From sequence record NC_004629.1: a DNA stretch of 64,000 nucleotides; one strand, written 5' to 3'. The position numbers and the translations under genes were made by a program. Shown here in pieces: positions 9,147 through 26,570 of this stretch; the stretch's first letter is position 1, and the number at the start of each line of letters is the position of its first letter. Below the pieces are notes generated by a model. That model was not told the origin of the DNA, searched no databases, and saw nothing but the letters and a program-made list of their open reading frames with translations.

Positions 9147-9539
9147 ATGAATTATAATGCAGAGAAATATACCGCACTGCTAGTTTCAATTGCAGCAAAC
9201 ATTGACACTGTAAATAAACTCACCAAAGAGATTTTATCGTCTTCTGATAATAGGGATTTTCTCTATGATGTGCATCAAATGACTGACATGTCCCTCGCCA
9301 GTCTTCATACGCATCTAACTAAAGAAGTCGAAAAGTTGGTGGAAACAATGGATCTAGTTAAAGATGGCCTATATGTCCAGGATGTTGAACTCATTAAGGG
9401 TAAGGGAAACTGGCGACATATCGCGGATAATGAACCTACCATCAACGCTATTAAAGCACTGCGTAAACACATTGGCGAAATCAGTGCATTAGAAGCTAGA
9501 ACTGTTGTTAAAGGTTACAAGGCAGGCGTCTTAAAATAA
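9147..9539 (+). CDS. protein with a ribosomal L7/L12 C-terminal-like motif
   Basis: C-terminal INAIKALRKHIGEISALEARTVV resembles the bL12 CTD (VIKAVRxxTGLGLKEAKDLV); judged by eye only. Confidence 0.55.
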   Translation: MNYNAEKYTALLVSIAANIDTVNKLTKEILSSSDNRDFLYDVHQMTDMSLASLHTHLTKEVEKLVETMDLVKDGLYVQDVELIKGKGNWRHIADNEPTINAIKALRKHIGEISALEARTVVKGYKAGVLK

Positions 9540-9601
9540 CATCGAATAGTATTAAGTCTACCTCCTAGAAGATAGACTTAATAAATCATGAGGAAAATAT
9601 A

Positions 9602-9931
9602 ATGTCCAATATGAAAAAATCTAGTTTGAAAGAATTCTTCGAACATATCACTCAGGCTGATCCATTTAATCCTTATTCCTTCATCTACTCCAGACCTATG
9701 CAATACGCTGGTGAAGATAGCGAGTACGCACTACATGTTACGTATGTGCATGGTGCAGCTTACATTGAAGGTCTTGTTGGCCATGAAGGAATCAGAATCA
9801 ATGTATTCTACAATAAACTCCAAGGTATTCAACTTTGGACATACTTTGATAACGAACCTCGTGTTGATTCATGGCCGTATTATCAAGTTGATGCAGCTTT
9901 AGAAGAAATCATCCGCCTGACTAAACTATAA
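9602..9931 (+). CDS. early hypothetical protein
   Basis: 109-aa ORF with GAGGA SD. Confidence 0.75.
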   Translation: MSNMKKSSLKEFFEHITQADPFNPYSFIYSRPMQYAGEDSEYALHVTYVHGAAYIEGLVGHEGIRINVFYNKLQGIQLWTYFDNEPRVDSWPYYQVDAALEEIIRLTKL

Positions 9932-9959
9932 ACTCTATTTATAAAAATAGGTGAAGAAA

Positions 9960-10169
9960 ATGATCTATCTAGGATGGTTTACCATTATCTTTGTTACAAT
10001 GAGTCTGTGTCTGTTTTATGTATTTTGTCACCGTAGTATTCGTGAATCACACCCAGGTGTAATAGAAAAACAGACTACTCGAAAAATTGTTATTTGGGCT
10101 GGTATTCTATTGGCACTCGCTTACTTAAATGAAATCAGCCGAGTTTATATAGAGCAGATGGTAACCTAA
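9960..10169 (+). CDS. small membrane protein with two TM segments
   Basis: AGGTGA SD favours ATG 9960; hydrophobic stretches LGWFTIIFVTMSLCLFYVFC and IVIWAGILLALAYL. Confidence 0.7.
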   Translation: MIYLGWFTIIFVTMSLCLFYVFCHRSIRESHPGVIEKQTTRKIVIWAGILLALAYLNEISRVYIEQMVT

Positions 10170-10226
10170 ATATTCAATAACTCCGAAATAATCAAAACTA
10201 TTTAATATATCAAAAGGAAACTTTCA

Positions 10227-10597
10227 ATGTTCGAAACTCAAGGCGTTCTTACTGATGAACTCTGACAAGCTACGAGGGATACTGACTGACCTCGGTATAC
10301 TCCCACCTCGCTTTGTTGAGAGCACCGATATCCGTGTCGGCAACTTCCGATTTCAGCGCTGGAAAACCCAGGTCCTCAAACCTGCTGCTCCTGGTTATCG
10401 GAAGTGGATTGACGTGGGTAGGTTAGAATGGGTGGAGGTTAAATACCACCTCAACAAATTACTTAAAGAGAATAATCTCAATATCCAAGAAGAAAGTAAT
10501 CGGTCTGGATAACCTCCGGAAGCTCCTGTCAGATCAACTCAACCCGCCACGTCAGTTAACAGACGCTGTACGCGAGAAAAATCTTCACAGCAAGTAA
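10227..10597 (+). pseudogene. gene apparently broken by two +1 frameshifts (track ORF 10255-10512 is its middle part)
   Basis: SD-led MFETQGVLTDEL stops at CTC TGA; the +1 frame continues DKLRGILTDLG...; a second +1 frame SKKKVIGLDNLRKLL...HSK* runs to the terminator. Confidence 0.45.
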
Positions 10598-10606
10598 CGA
10601 TATAAG

Positions 10607-10630
10607 GCCCCTCCCTTCGGGTAGGGGTTG
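10607..10630 (+). terminator. intrinsic terminator (imperfect)
   Basis: gcccctccc-TTCG-ggtagggg. Confidence 0.65.
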
Positions 10631-10658
10631 TCTATTCATTTCTTAACAGGAAATTCTA

Positions 10659-10994
10659 ATGGAAGACTTCAAAGAAATCGAGATTTACAGTATGACGTTC
10701 ATCGACCATTCGGAAAATGCTTCTCGTGTAGTGATTGCACAGATCACTACTCTGGATGATCGTACTGTTTACGGGGTAATGGAGGTCAATGGTTTCGGCG
10801 GTCAGGCCACTACTAATCTGCGTCGGTTCGAACAGAACCGTCAACACGCTCGTTACTTCTTCACCAAGTCGGTAGCCACTGCTCACGCCGAGGCTTACGT
10901 CAAGTACCTGAATGACGACATGGTCGAACAAGACTACCTCGATATGAATACCGGCTACAACTACACCGAATTTATGAACATGGTAAATATCTGA
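10659..10994 (+). CDS. early hypothetical protein
   Basis: 111-aa ORF with AGGA SD. Confidence 0.8.
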   Translation: MEDFKEIEIYSMTFIDHSENASRVVIAQITTLDDRTVYGVMEVNGFGGQATTNLRRFEQNRQHARYFFTKSVATAHAEAYVKYLNDDMVEQDYLDMNTGYNYTEFMNMVNI

Positions 10995-11001
10995 GGTCAT
11001 C

Positions 11002-11565
11002 ATGGACAAAAAATTGAAGGAATTCCAAGCAGTGACCCCTGGTGTTGATCGTTTCGTTTACTGTGAGAAGACTGACACCTGGCTTCCGAAGGCTACTCGT
11101 CCTCTGGATTGTCACCGTAATAAAAACGCGATAACAGCATTCGATAAAGCCAACGAAGAAATTCAAGAACGTTGGTTCTACTGGTGCATTGCATGGGAGA
11201 AAGCCTCTGTTCGACCTACCATGGAAACCGAACTCTGGAAGAACCCGTTCATCTCCGCAGAAGAGCGACTGGAGATTGCAGAAGGCGCCATTGCATTCCG
11301 CAACGAAGTAATCAGAAATCTTCAGGGTCGTTTGGTTTCACCGACTATCGCTGAGTTCGAACTTAACAAAGAAATGGTGGAAGCTATTCTGGATAGCGAA
11401 TACATCGTAAAAGATTTCGACCGGAACTCTGAAAATGGAGAAGTCGAACTGCGTTACCAAATATCCAATAACTTCCATACCCGAGAACTGGCACGTGATA
11501 CTGTTCACCGTATCATCAATGCTCTCAAACAACTGACTCCGGTACGAAGTAAAAGGGTGGGATGA
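11002..11565 (+). CDS. early hypothetical protein
   Basis: 187-aa ORF with GAGGT SD. Confidence 0.8.
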   Translation: MDKKLKEFQAVTPGVDRFVYCEKTDTWLPKATRPLDCHRNKNAITAFDKANEEIQERWFYWCIAWEKASVRPTMETELWKNPFISAEERLEIAEGAIAFRNEVIRNLQGRLVSPTIAEFELNKEMVEAILDSEYIVKDFDRNSENGEVELRYQISNNFHTRELARDTVHRIINALKQLTPVRSKRVG

Positions 11566-11568
11566 ATA

Positions 11569-11985
11569 ATGGCGATGCAACATAAAAAGGATGCTGAACT
11601 TTACACCCACAAAGAGGATGGTGGGATTTACTATTACCATGGCTTGGCTCATGGTACTGGTGACCAACGCGGGGAACTGTTGCACATCTACAGTGATTAC
11701 TTCACTGACATGATGTACTACCGTAACCACACCTGGTCAACTCGGATGGAACGTGTTTCTGCTCCAGGTCTTCGCCTGAGCCGTTCCTTGCACCCGCACC
11801 TCTGGATCACCACTCTGATCGGTTTGATTGTCATTATCATTACTCGGGTTGTTTTCGGCACCGAGTTCAATGCAATCACACCCCAAGAGATCGTCGGTAC
11901 GGCCATTGCAGGTGTACTGGCTTTAGGTGTTCCGAGTTTCATCCTGCACCAACTGTACAAATGGAAGTACAAAAAAGCCTACTAA
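11569..11985 (+). CDS. membrane protein with a DUF1653-like (SH3-type) N-domain and two TM helices
   Basis: YTHKEDGGIYYYHG...LLHIY...MYYR resembles DUF1653 by eye; two C-terminal hydrophobic helices. Confidence 0.55.
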   Translation: MAMQHKKDAELYTHKEDGGIYYYHGLAHGTGDQRGELLHIYSDYFTDMMYYRNHTWSTRMERVSAPGLRLSRSLHPHLWITTLIGLIVIIITRVVFGTEFNAITPQEIVGTAIAGVLALGVPSFILHQLYKWKYKKAY

Positions 11986-12009
11986 AAAGAAGGTCGAGAC
12001 AACATAAAA

Positions 12010-12222
12010 GGAATTCCCCATTGGCCGCTAAACCAATGGGGTTCCAAACAGTGCATTCGCGACTACACTGTCAGTAGGTGTCATCCAAGAGAACTGCGGA
12101 TTAGCTACTTACCCCTCGTGGGCATTTTCGCTAGCAGTATTATAACAATACCGTAAGTTCTGAAAAAGATTAGCCCTCCTGGTGCAACAGGAGGGCTATA
12201 TGTCGTCAAGTTTAAGCTTGAC
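12010..12222 (+). ncRNA. candidate structured non-coding RNA
   Basis: ~260-nt gap with no credible ORF and at least 5 hairpins or helices (see findings). Confidence 0.55.
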
Positions 12223-12263
12223 ATTTTCGCCCAAAATGGGCTTTCTTGCAGAGGAGACTTCGA

Positions 12264-12530
12264 ATGAAAGTCTTTGAAACAAGTTCCAGACCTGATCCAA
12301 TTTATGGATACATGGCTGGTTTAGAAGTAACAGCATTCAATGGTAAGCCACTAGTCTACGGACGAAATGAGCTAATCAAAATTGCTGTATATGATAATAA
12401 AACTTTCCTAGGTTACATTGGCAATGGTCAGCTTGTAAACAAGATTTCTGATGCTAAATGGATTGACGGATCGTCTAACTATCATATTAATTCTAACTCC
12501 AGTAATCTTTTGTTCGCTAGAGTTGCTTAA
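12264..12530 (+). CDS. hypothetical protein (gp24-like)
   Basis: GAGGAG SD favours ATG 12264 within track ORF 12246-12530. Confidence 0.7.
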   Translation: MKVFETSSRPDPIYGYMAGLEVTAFNGKPLVYGRNELIKIAVYDNKTFLGYIGNGQLVNKISDAKWIDGSSNYHINSNSSNLLFARVA

Positions 12531-12537
12531 CTTCAAA

Positions 12538-12562
12538 TACCCTCTTCATTGCGAAGAGGGTA
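12538..12562. terminator. bidirectional terminator between convergent genes
   Basis: taccctcttc-ATTGC-gaagagggta, 10-bp stem. Confidence 0.8.
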
Positions 12563-12583
12563 ACGTATTATTATTTTTTTTGT

Positions 12584-14737
12584 TTAATACCAACTATTTC
12601 TAGAATATCTGTTAATACGCACTCTACGTGTACGCTCTGCACGAGCTTGATTTAACATGGCATCAATACCTACACCACTGCTATCATCAATATTAACACG
12701 TTTAGACAATTGTTTCAAACGCATTTCTAATTTAGCTGCAATCATCGGGTTCTTTTCACCGCGAAGCTGCTCAATTATCTCTTCAAATTCTTTGCGACCT
12801 TGCTGTTCTTTCTCTTCATGATATTTTTCAAGTTGACTTGGTTCTTTATCACGTAATTTTGATTTACCTAAGATGGGAACATTGATACCATAATAAGATA
12901 AATTCTTACCTTGTATTAATAACCAATGGGCTAATAATAATGATACCACTAAGTCATCATGGTTCCCCTTAGCATGGTCAATTCTACCATTACGGATAGT
13001 AAGTGCTAATAACTCCGTGCTAAGTGGTTTATCATAGATGGTCCTTACCCCATAATGCATTGCTGATGGTAATGCCACCTTAAATAGATTATCACGAGAA
13101 TACTCGCCAGTACCTGACGTTGCATAGCCAAAATAACGTTTAAACCTATCATAGAACGATGGTTGTCTTGCTGATAACGGAGTTTGAATGTCTCTGAAAT
13201 CATTTTCTCTTTCTGATGATTCATTGACAATTCTGTTAAAGATACGCCGGAATGGATCTACTCCTTTAGTATGTAGAATCAAGATAACATGGTCAATTAA
13301 CGATATACCTATTGATTTACGTTCTGGTATCCAAAGAATATTAGGATATCTCAATAGCATTGTTGCAAAGAAATTACCCATTGATGGCACTGATGATTCA
13401 TTGTATCTACCAACACACATAACCTCATGTGTTTCTACATCAACTACAACTGTGCCGGTGGCGTCATTATCTTCACCAAGAAGTTCAGATGGGTCGGTAC
13501 CCATAACGAACCTACCCTTCATCATCCGTGAGGCTACTTCTTCTTTTGGTATATACCAACGAAGTGTGTAACCATCATCCGTGATTTCTGTCCAGCTTGG
13601 CTCACGCATATTGTTTTTAAGTTTATCTTTCTCATCTGATGATAAGGGTGAACCTTCACCACCAACTGTCCAGATATTGAAGAAGTCCCTATCGGCAATT
13701 TCACCGAATGAACCTGATTCACGAAGTGTGTTATATAACCACTCATCGGTACGTCCTAATTGACGGTGGTTAAATGCACCATAAACTAGAGGTTTCTTTC
13801 CAGTAGTGCCTTTTTCTACAACACGATGTAGAGTTTTCTGATCTGGTAGATCAAAGAATTCCTCTGACCATGGGCAGCCACCTGTTAAGAAGTGATATGC
13901 AAATTCACCATCACGGGTAGTGATGTTACCAGCTGTAGTTGTATAGATGTTACCATAAGGCTGGTTCTCACGGCGAGCTTCATCACGAGCTGCTGAACCT
14001 GATGCAAGTGCAACAGGTAGTGAAACACCAATTAAGTTAATATATGCAAGTTCGTCAAAGTGCATATTTGGTACTGTAAGACCACGACCTAATTTATCAG
14101 CTGCGTTAACATCATTTCGACCAACAGCTGTTAGATACCTATTACCTAATCTAATACATGTCATCAATTCGGAGTTATCCGCATCTAATGGATCAGTATA
14201 GTGGATATACTCTGGTAACAAATCACGCATTACTTTTAGACGCTCGATGTTAGCATTGCGTAGTTTGTTATCTTTAGTAATAAGGTTAATCTTAGTGTTC
14301 TCACCCCAGATATACATCATGCCTGTATTGAGCACGTCAGTTGATACGGACTTACCTGTCTGACGAGGCTGTAATAAACCAAAATCTACGTGATTGAAAT
14401 AACACCAGAATAAAGCAATATTACCACGGTTAGCTTGGAATGGAATTGGATTATTACCCGAGTTAGGGGGGATTCTTGCCACTTCCCTAAAAAAATACCA
14501 AGGATTATATTTGCATTCCATGTTAATACGAAACTTCATTTCTTCGCTAAGATTAGGGTCATATGGATCCACCCCAATTAAACCTTGGTCCAATATAGCT
14601 AGTATAAATTTGTAATTTTTAATACCCATCTTTTTATAAGTCAATGCTAACTTTATAAAAGATTTATTTTTAGTAGTAAGATCAACACTAGCGCTGTAGT
14701 ATTTATCCCAATCACTATTGAAAAGTATAACGTCCAT
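12584..14737 (-). CDS. terL: terminase large subunit (gp25)
   Basis: Walker A PRQTGKS, Walker B MHFDE, RNase H-like nuclease GTDPS and HDDLVV; 717 aa. Confidence 0.93.
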   Translation of the reverse strand: MDVILFNSDWDKYYSASVDLTTKNKSFIKLALTYKKMGIKNYKFILAILDQGLIGVDPYDPNLSEEMKFRINMECKYNPWYFFREVARIPPNSGNNPIPFQANRGNIALFWCYFNHVDFGLLQPRQTGKSVSTDVLNTGMMYIWGENTKINLITKDNKLRNANIERLKVMRDLLPEYIHYTDPLDADNSELMTCIRLGNRYLTAVGRNDVNAADKLGRGLTVPNMHFDELAYINLIGVSLPVALASGSAARDEARRENQPYGNIYTTTAGNITTRDGEFAYHFLTGGCPWSEEFFDLPDQKTLHRVVEKGTTGKKPLVYGAFNHRQLGRTDEWLYNTLRESGSFGEIADRDFFNIWTVGGEGSPLSSDEKDKLKNNMREPSWTEITDDGYTLRWYIPKEEVASRMMKGRFVMGTDPSELLGEDNDATGTVVVDVETHEVMCVGRYNESSVPSMGNFFATMLLRYPNILWIPERKSIGISLIDHVILILHTKGVDPFRRIFNRIVNESSERENDFRDIQTPLSARQPSFYDRFKRYFGYATSGTGEYSRDNLFKVALPSAMHYGVRTIYDKPLSTELLALTIRNGRIDHAKGNHDDLVVSLLLAHWLLIQGKNLSYYGINVPILGKSKLRDKEPSQLEKYHEEKEQQGRKEFEEIIEQLRGEKNPMIAAKLEMRLKQLSKRVNIDDSSGVGIDAMLNQARAERTRRVRINRYSRNSWY

Positions 14738-14839
14738 ACACTGCCCTTTAAGGTACTTATTTTAATGTGCCATAATAAAGCCGTATTGAACGGCAATTGT
14801 AAAGTATAGTCTCATATGGATAATGTGTTAAAAGACGTT

Positions 14840-14874
14840 ATAAAGCCCCCTAGGAACCACCTAGGGGGCTTTAT
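14840..14874 (-). terminator. intrinsic terminator
   Basis: ataaagccccctagg-AACCA-cctagggggctttat, 15-bp stem at the end of gp26. Confidence 0.85.
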
Positions 14875-14876
14875 AT

Positions 14877-20207
<5,331 letters not shown>

Positions 20208-20284
20208 TACCGCTACTCCTTAAATGGATAGTAAAAAATAACTAGTATGGTCAACTATGATTAATATCTATGATTGACTGTTAG

Positions 20285-22423
<2,139 letters not shown>

Positions 22424-22451
22424 GTGGGTGGCTTTCAGAATGAGGAAAAGT

Positions 22452-23335
<884 letters not shown>

Positions 23336-23336
<1 letters not shown>

Positions 23337-23518
23337 TGGCAAAAGTATATCCGATGGTCCCACCTGGGAAGACTCGCAACCAAGATCAGAACTTTGATAT
23401 CAATGCATTCTTTTCTCCCGATGTAGTTGCGGCTGGCAATGGTCTGGTTAGTCAACTTCGGCGAAATGCTCAAACTGAAAAGAATGAGCAGACTGTCGGT
23501 ACTAACCAAAAAAGCTAA
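23336..23518 (+). CDS. small late protein
   Basis: 60 aa; start overlaps the tube stop; ends at a terminator. Confidence 0.65.
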
Positions 23519-23520
23519 AG

Positions 23521-23592
23521 CATATCGCCTCCCTTCGGGGAGGCTTTATGTTGTTAAAAACTATGCTAAAAAATAATTAAGATATATATTAC
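23521..23592 (+). promoter_or_regulatory. terminator (gcctccc-TTCG-gggaggc) followed by an early promoter (TATATTAC at 23585-23592)
   Basis: flanks catatcgcctccc and gggaggctttatg are identical to 29344-29373. Confidence 0.8.
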
Positions 23593-23645
23593 ATGTTTGC
23601 TTATTCAATAAGTAAAACTAGATTGTAAATTTTAGAGAGGTTAAA

Positions 23646-24842
23646 ATGAAAATTAATGAACTTACAAATACTGATTTATTATTAGAAAACCACACTATTA
23701 ATAAAATTGATTGTTTACTAGGATTACTTTATAAACATAACTTCGATAAAGAATTTACATCTAAAATTAATTTTGGTATTCTAACGCAAATGACATATCA
23801 GAAGGATGATGTCAGTTTCGTAGTGAAGCCTAGCTTTGAACAAGGTTTTATTAATATCACTTTTAGTAATGATACATCATGGAATGTTAATTTTGCACTC
23901 ATCGATGGTAAACCTAAATACATTGGTTATACTGATCAAGAAGTGACAATTGAAGAGCCGCATAGCAGGGAATATTACACTCTAACAAGTGAGAGTATTC
24001 GGCAATTAACAATTCAAGTATTAATTAATACATGGTATCAAGTAAATAATATTCCAAGCGAAGTATACGAGTATCAACATCACTGGAAACTGGATAAAAA
24101 TATTCTTAACGATGATGATATTATTCGATACTATTATCGTTTCATTTTAGCTACCTATTGGGGAATGCCAACACCTGATAGACAAGCTACATTTGAAAAG
24201 TGGTTAGAAAATGACATTGCAAATGGGGAAGGTGATGACACAACTAATAGTCATTTAAAATGGCTATTCAAACAGGATCATTCTAATATTACTGAAACAA
24301 CTAATGTTAGAGATGAAATTAATGCATGTAGCATCCACCACATTTATCCGTCAGGCAATATTACGTGTGTTTTAACTGATAATAAGAAACCCACACGTTG
24401 GCGAGAATATGTAATGCATGCCTTCTATAAAACCATTGGGTATACTTGGGTTAATCCAATTGAACTATATTGGCATAAAGGTACTTCTGTGGAGTATGTT
24501 AGTTTAGAAACGGTTAATGCCAACCTTTTACTAGCTGCAAATATTTTCACTGTATACAGTAATTGGAATATTACGGAAAATAGCCATACTTCAGATAACT
24601 CTGTATCTATCCCAGCTATTAACCTATTTTGCATCAATAGTGAAAATAGTCAATATGCAGTATCCTTTAAGAATAAAAATAATAACTCTTATGAATTATT
24701 TGATTCATTATCCTTAAGTGGAAATCAAATAATTTCATACACTGAAACCGCTATTGAGAAATCTAATTGTTCTGGTCCATTGAAATTTGTAAGTGATCAC
24801 GTTATCAAGTTTATTTGTAAGGAACTAACAACGTGTCGATGA
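23646..24842 (+). CDS. AT-rich early hypothetical protein (gp31-like)
   Basis: 398-aa ORF with GAGG SD. Confidence 0.75.
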   Translation: MKINELTNTDLLLENHTINKIDCLLGLLYKHNFDKEFTSKINFGILTQMTYQKDDVSFVVKPSFEQGFINITFSNDTSWNVNFALIDGKPKYIGYTDQEVTIEEPHSREYYTLTSESIRQLTIQVLINTWYQVNNIPSEVYEYQHHWKLDKNILNDDDIIRYYYRFILATYWGMPTPDRQATFEKWLENDIANGEGDDTTNSHLKWLFKQDHSNITETTNVRDEINACSIHHIYPSGNITCVLTDNKKPTRWREYVMHAFYKTIGYTWVNPIELYWHKGTSVEYVSLETVNANLLLAANIFTVYSNWNITENSHTSDNSVSIPAINLFCINSENSQYAVSFKNKNNNSYELFDSLSLSGNQIISYTETAIEKSNCSGPLKFVSDHVIKFICKELTTCR

Positions 24843-25195
24843 AGAATGAAATTGATAGTTTAACTAAAATTATTAATGATTTATTAAAAGAGCACTTTAC
24901 TAATCGTAAAGAATTTATTACGAAGATTGGTAATAAACGTATAGTCGTTCCGGGTGCTCTAGTTTTCTTCAAAAAGTTACGTGGAGAAATTACGGCTAAG
25001 GTTTATGCAAAGCGTAAAGTAGATGGTGGCTATCATGAGCCAGCTATTAGCACTGTATGCGTTAGTAATACAAATGTATCATGGGGTGGATTCAGTGGTA
25101 CCCCGCGTAAGGAAATTAAAGATAGTTTAACTATTTTTACTTATGTGGCTATTTACGATGCTCTGAAAAATTTATGTAATGATCAATCTAGCTAA
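24833..25195 (+). CDS. hypothetical protein
   Basis: 120-aa ORF with AAGGA SD; the start may be ATG 24839. Confidence 0.7.
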   Translation: MSMKNEIDSLTKIINDLLKEHFTNRKEFITKIGNKRIVVPGALVFFKKLRGEITAKVYAKRKVDGGYHEPAISTVCVSNTNVSWGGFSGTPRKEIKDSLTIFTYVAIYDALKNLCNDQSS

Positions 25196-25207
25196 TGTTA
25201 CTTAACA

Positions 25208-25241
25208 GCATAAGCCCTCCCATTGCGGGAGGGCATTATGT
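25208..25241. terminator. bidirectional terminator
   Basis: gccctccc-ATTGC-gggagggc between convergent genes. Confidence 0.85.
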
Positions 25242-26480
25242 TTATTTTGTTTTTGTATAGTAATTCTTAGTCATAGCACGTAGAATTAAATACAACATCA
25301 ACCCAGTCCTAGTTGCTGCGATATATGCAGGTACCCTAGAATTAGTCGCATCCCTAACTAACTTCTCACCTTCTTCACGCATGAAAATAACTTGAGCATT
25401 TTCTGTTTTAGATGCCATTATCTTTGCTCGTATTTTTACAAGCAATGTTTGTAGATCATTATTTCTAGCAACCATTGTACGGAGTGATTGCATATAATCG
25501 AAAGCATACAATAAGCACTCATCTACGAGTTTCTCAAGCTTTTGTGCCCTAGGTTGACCGATGTTACGGGAAAGGTGTCTAAGTGTCGCCATGAACATTT
25601 CTGGTGGCATTGTGGGCATTATCTTTTCAATAATACCGACTAACTCAGGTCTAATGAAATTTTGTTCTTGTTGCGCAACTTGATGGATATAAGTAAGATA
25701 TGAGCGATACCCAGTAGACTTATCGCGTAGAATCTGCTCACCATCAGAATTAATAGCCATGTCTGATGAAATAACTAATTTACCACCTGATTGCAGTGTT
25801 CTGATATAAACATCATAGTACTTGTTGATTAATTCACGTAGACGTGTTTGAGTATCAGATACTACACGACCAGACCAATAATCCAGTTCTTGTGTTTTAC
25901 CAGTTAAGAAAGGTGCATAAATAGAATCAGGTGCAATGATACCTTCAGCCCGTTGCCTAAATAGTTTCTCCCATGACCCAATTGTCTTAATGTCAAATCG
26001 ATAATTGAGTGCGGCGAATGCAGCTTCGGCTACTTCTTTACGTGCAGGATATTTAAAGCGTGGTACAAGTAAAGATGTTAGATATTTAAAATGCAACACC
26101 ATGAAACAACTAACCATTGCTTCATGTCTAATATTCAAAGGAACATTAGTTGTTTTTAAAAGCCTAGAACAAATATAGGCAGGAAGATGATTGAATACAT
26201 CTGACATTACACGATGGTTAGGGTCAATGAATTCAACTGACTTAAAATCTTGGACTAACAGCGCTTCATCAATTCGTAAAACATCATCATACCAAATCTC
26301 ACGATCCGTATCGAAGAATTTAACTTGTTGTACACCTAGTAATACACCACCAAAGAAAGCAGAGTGATCAGCATTCCTATTCATAAAACTGATAGTAAAG
26401 TCAATAATTCTTTTACATAAATCGCGATCAAATTGAACATCCTTAAAATTTCTATCAAGGACTTCTTTAATAGTTGCCAT
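25242..26480 (-). CDS. virion structural protein (gp32-like)
   Basis: GGAGG SD favours the start MATIKEV at 26480 (412 aa); conserved late-type gene. Confidence 0.75.
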   Translation of the reverse strand: MATIKEVLDRNFKDVQFDRDLCKRIIDFTISFMNRNADHSAFFGGVLLGVQQVKFFDTDREIWYDDVLRIDEALLVQDFKSVEFIDPNHRVMSDVFNHLPAYICSRLLKTTNVPLNIRHEAMVSCFMVLHFKYLTSLLVPRFKYPARKEVAEAAFAALNYRFDIKTIGSWEKLFRQRAEGIIAPDSIYAPFLTGKTQELDYWSGRVVSDTQTRLRELINKYYDVYIRTLQSGGKLVISSDMAINSDGEQILRDKSTGYRSYLTYIHQVAQQEQNFIRPELVGIIEKIMPTMPPEMFMATLRHLSRNIGQPRAQKLEKLVDECLLYAFDYMQSLRTMVARNNDLQTLLVKIRAKIMASKTENAQVIFMREEGEKLVRDATNSRVPAYIAATRTGLMLYLILRAMTKNYYTKTK

Positions 26481-26570
26481 TGGGAAAACCTCCTGGAGAA
26501 TCAAATCATAAGTCATAAAAGTACTTATGTTATTTATTCCATGTAATTACATAAATTAGAGGATAATAAA

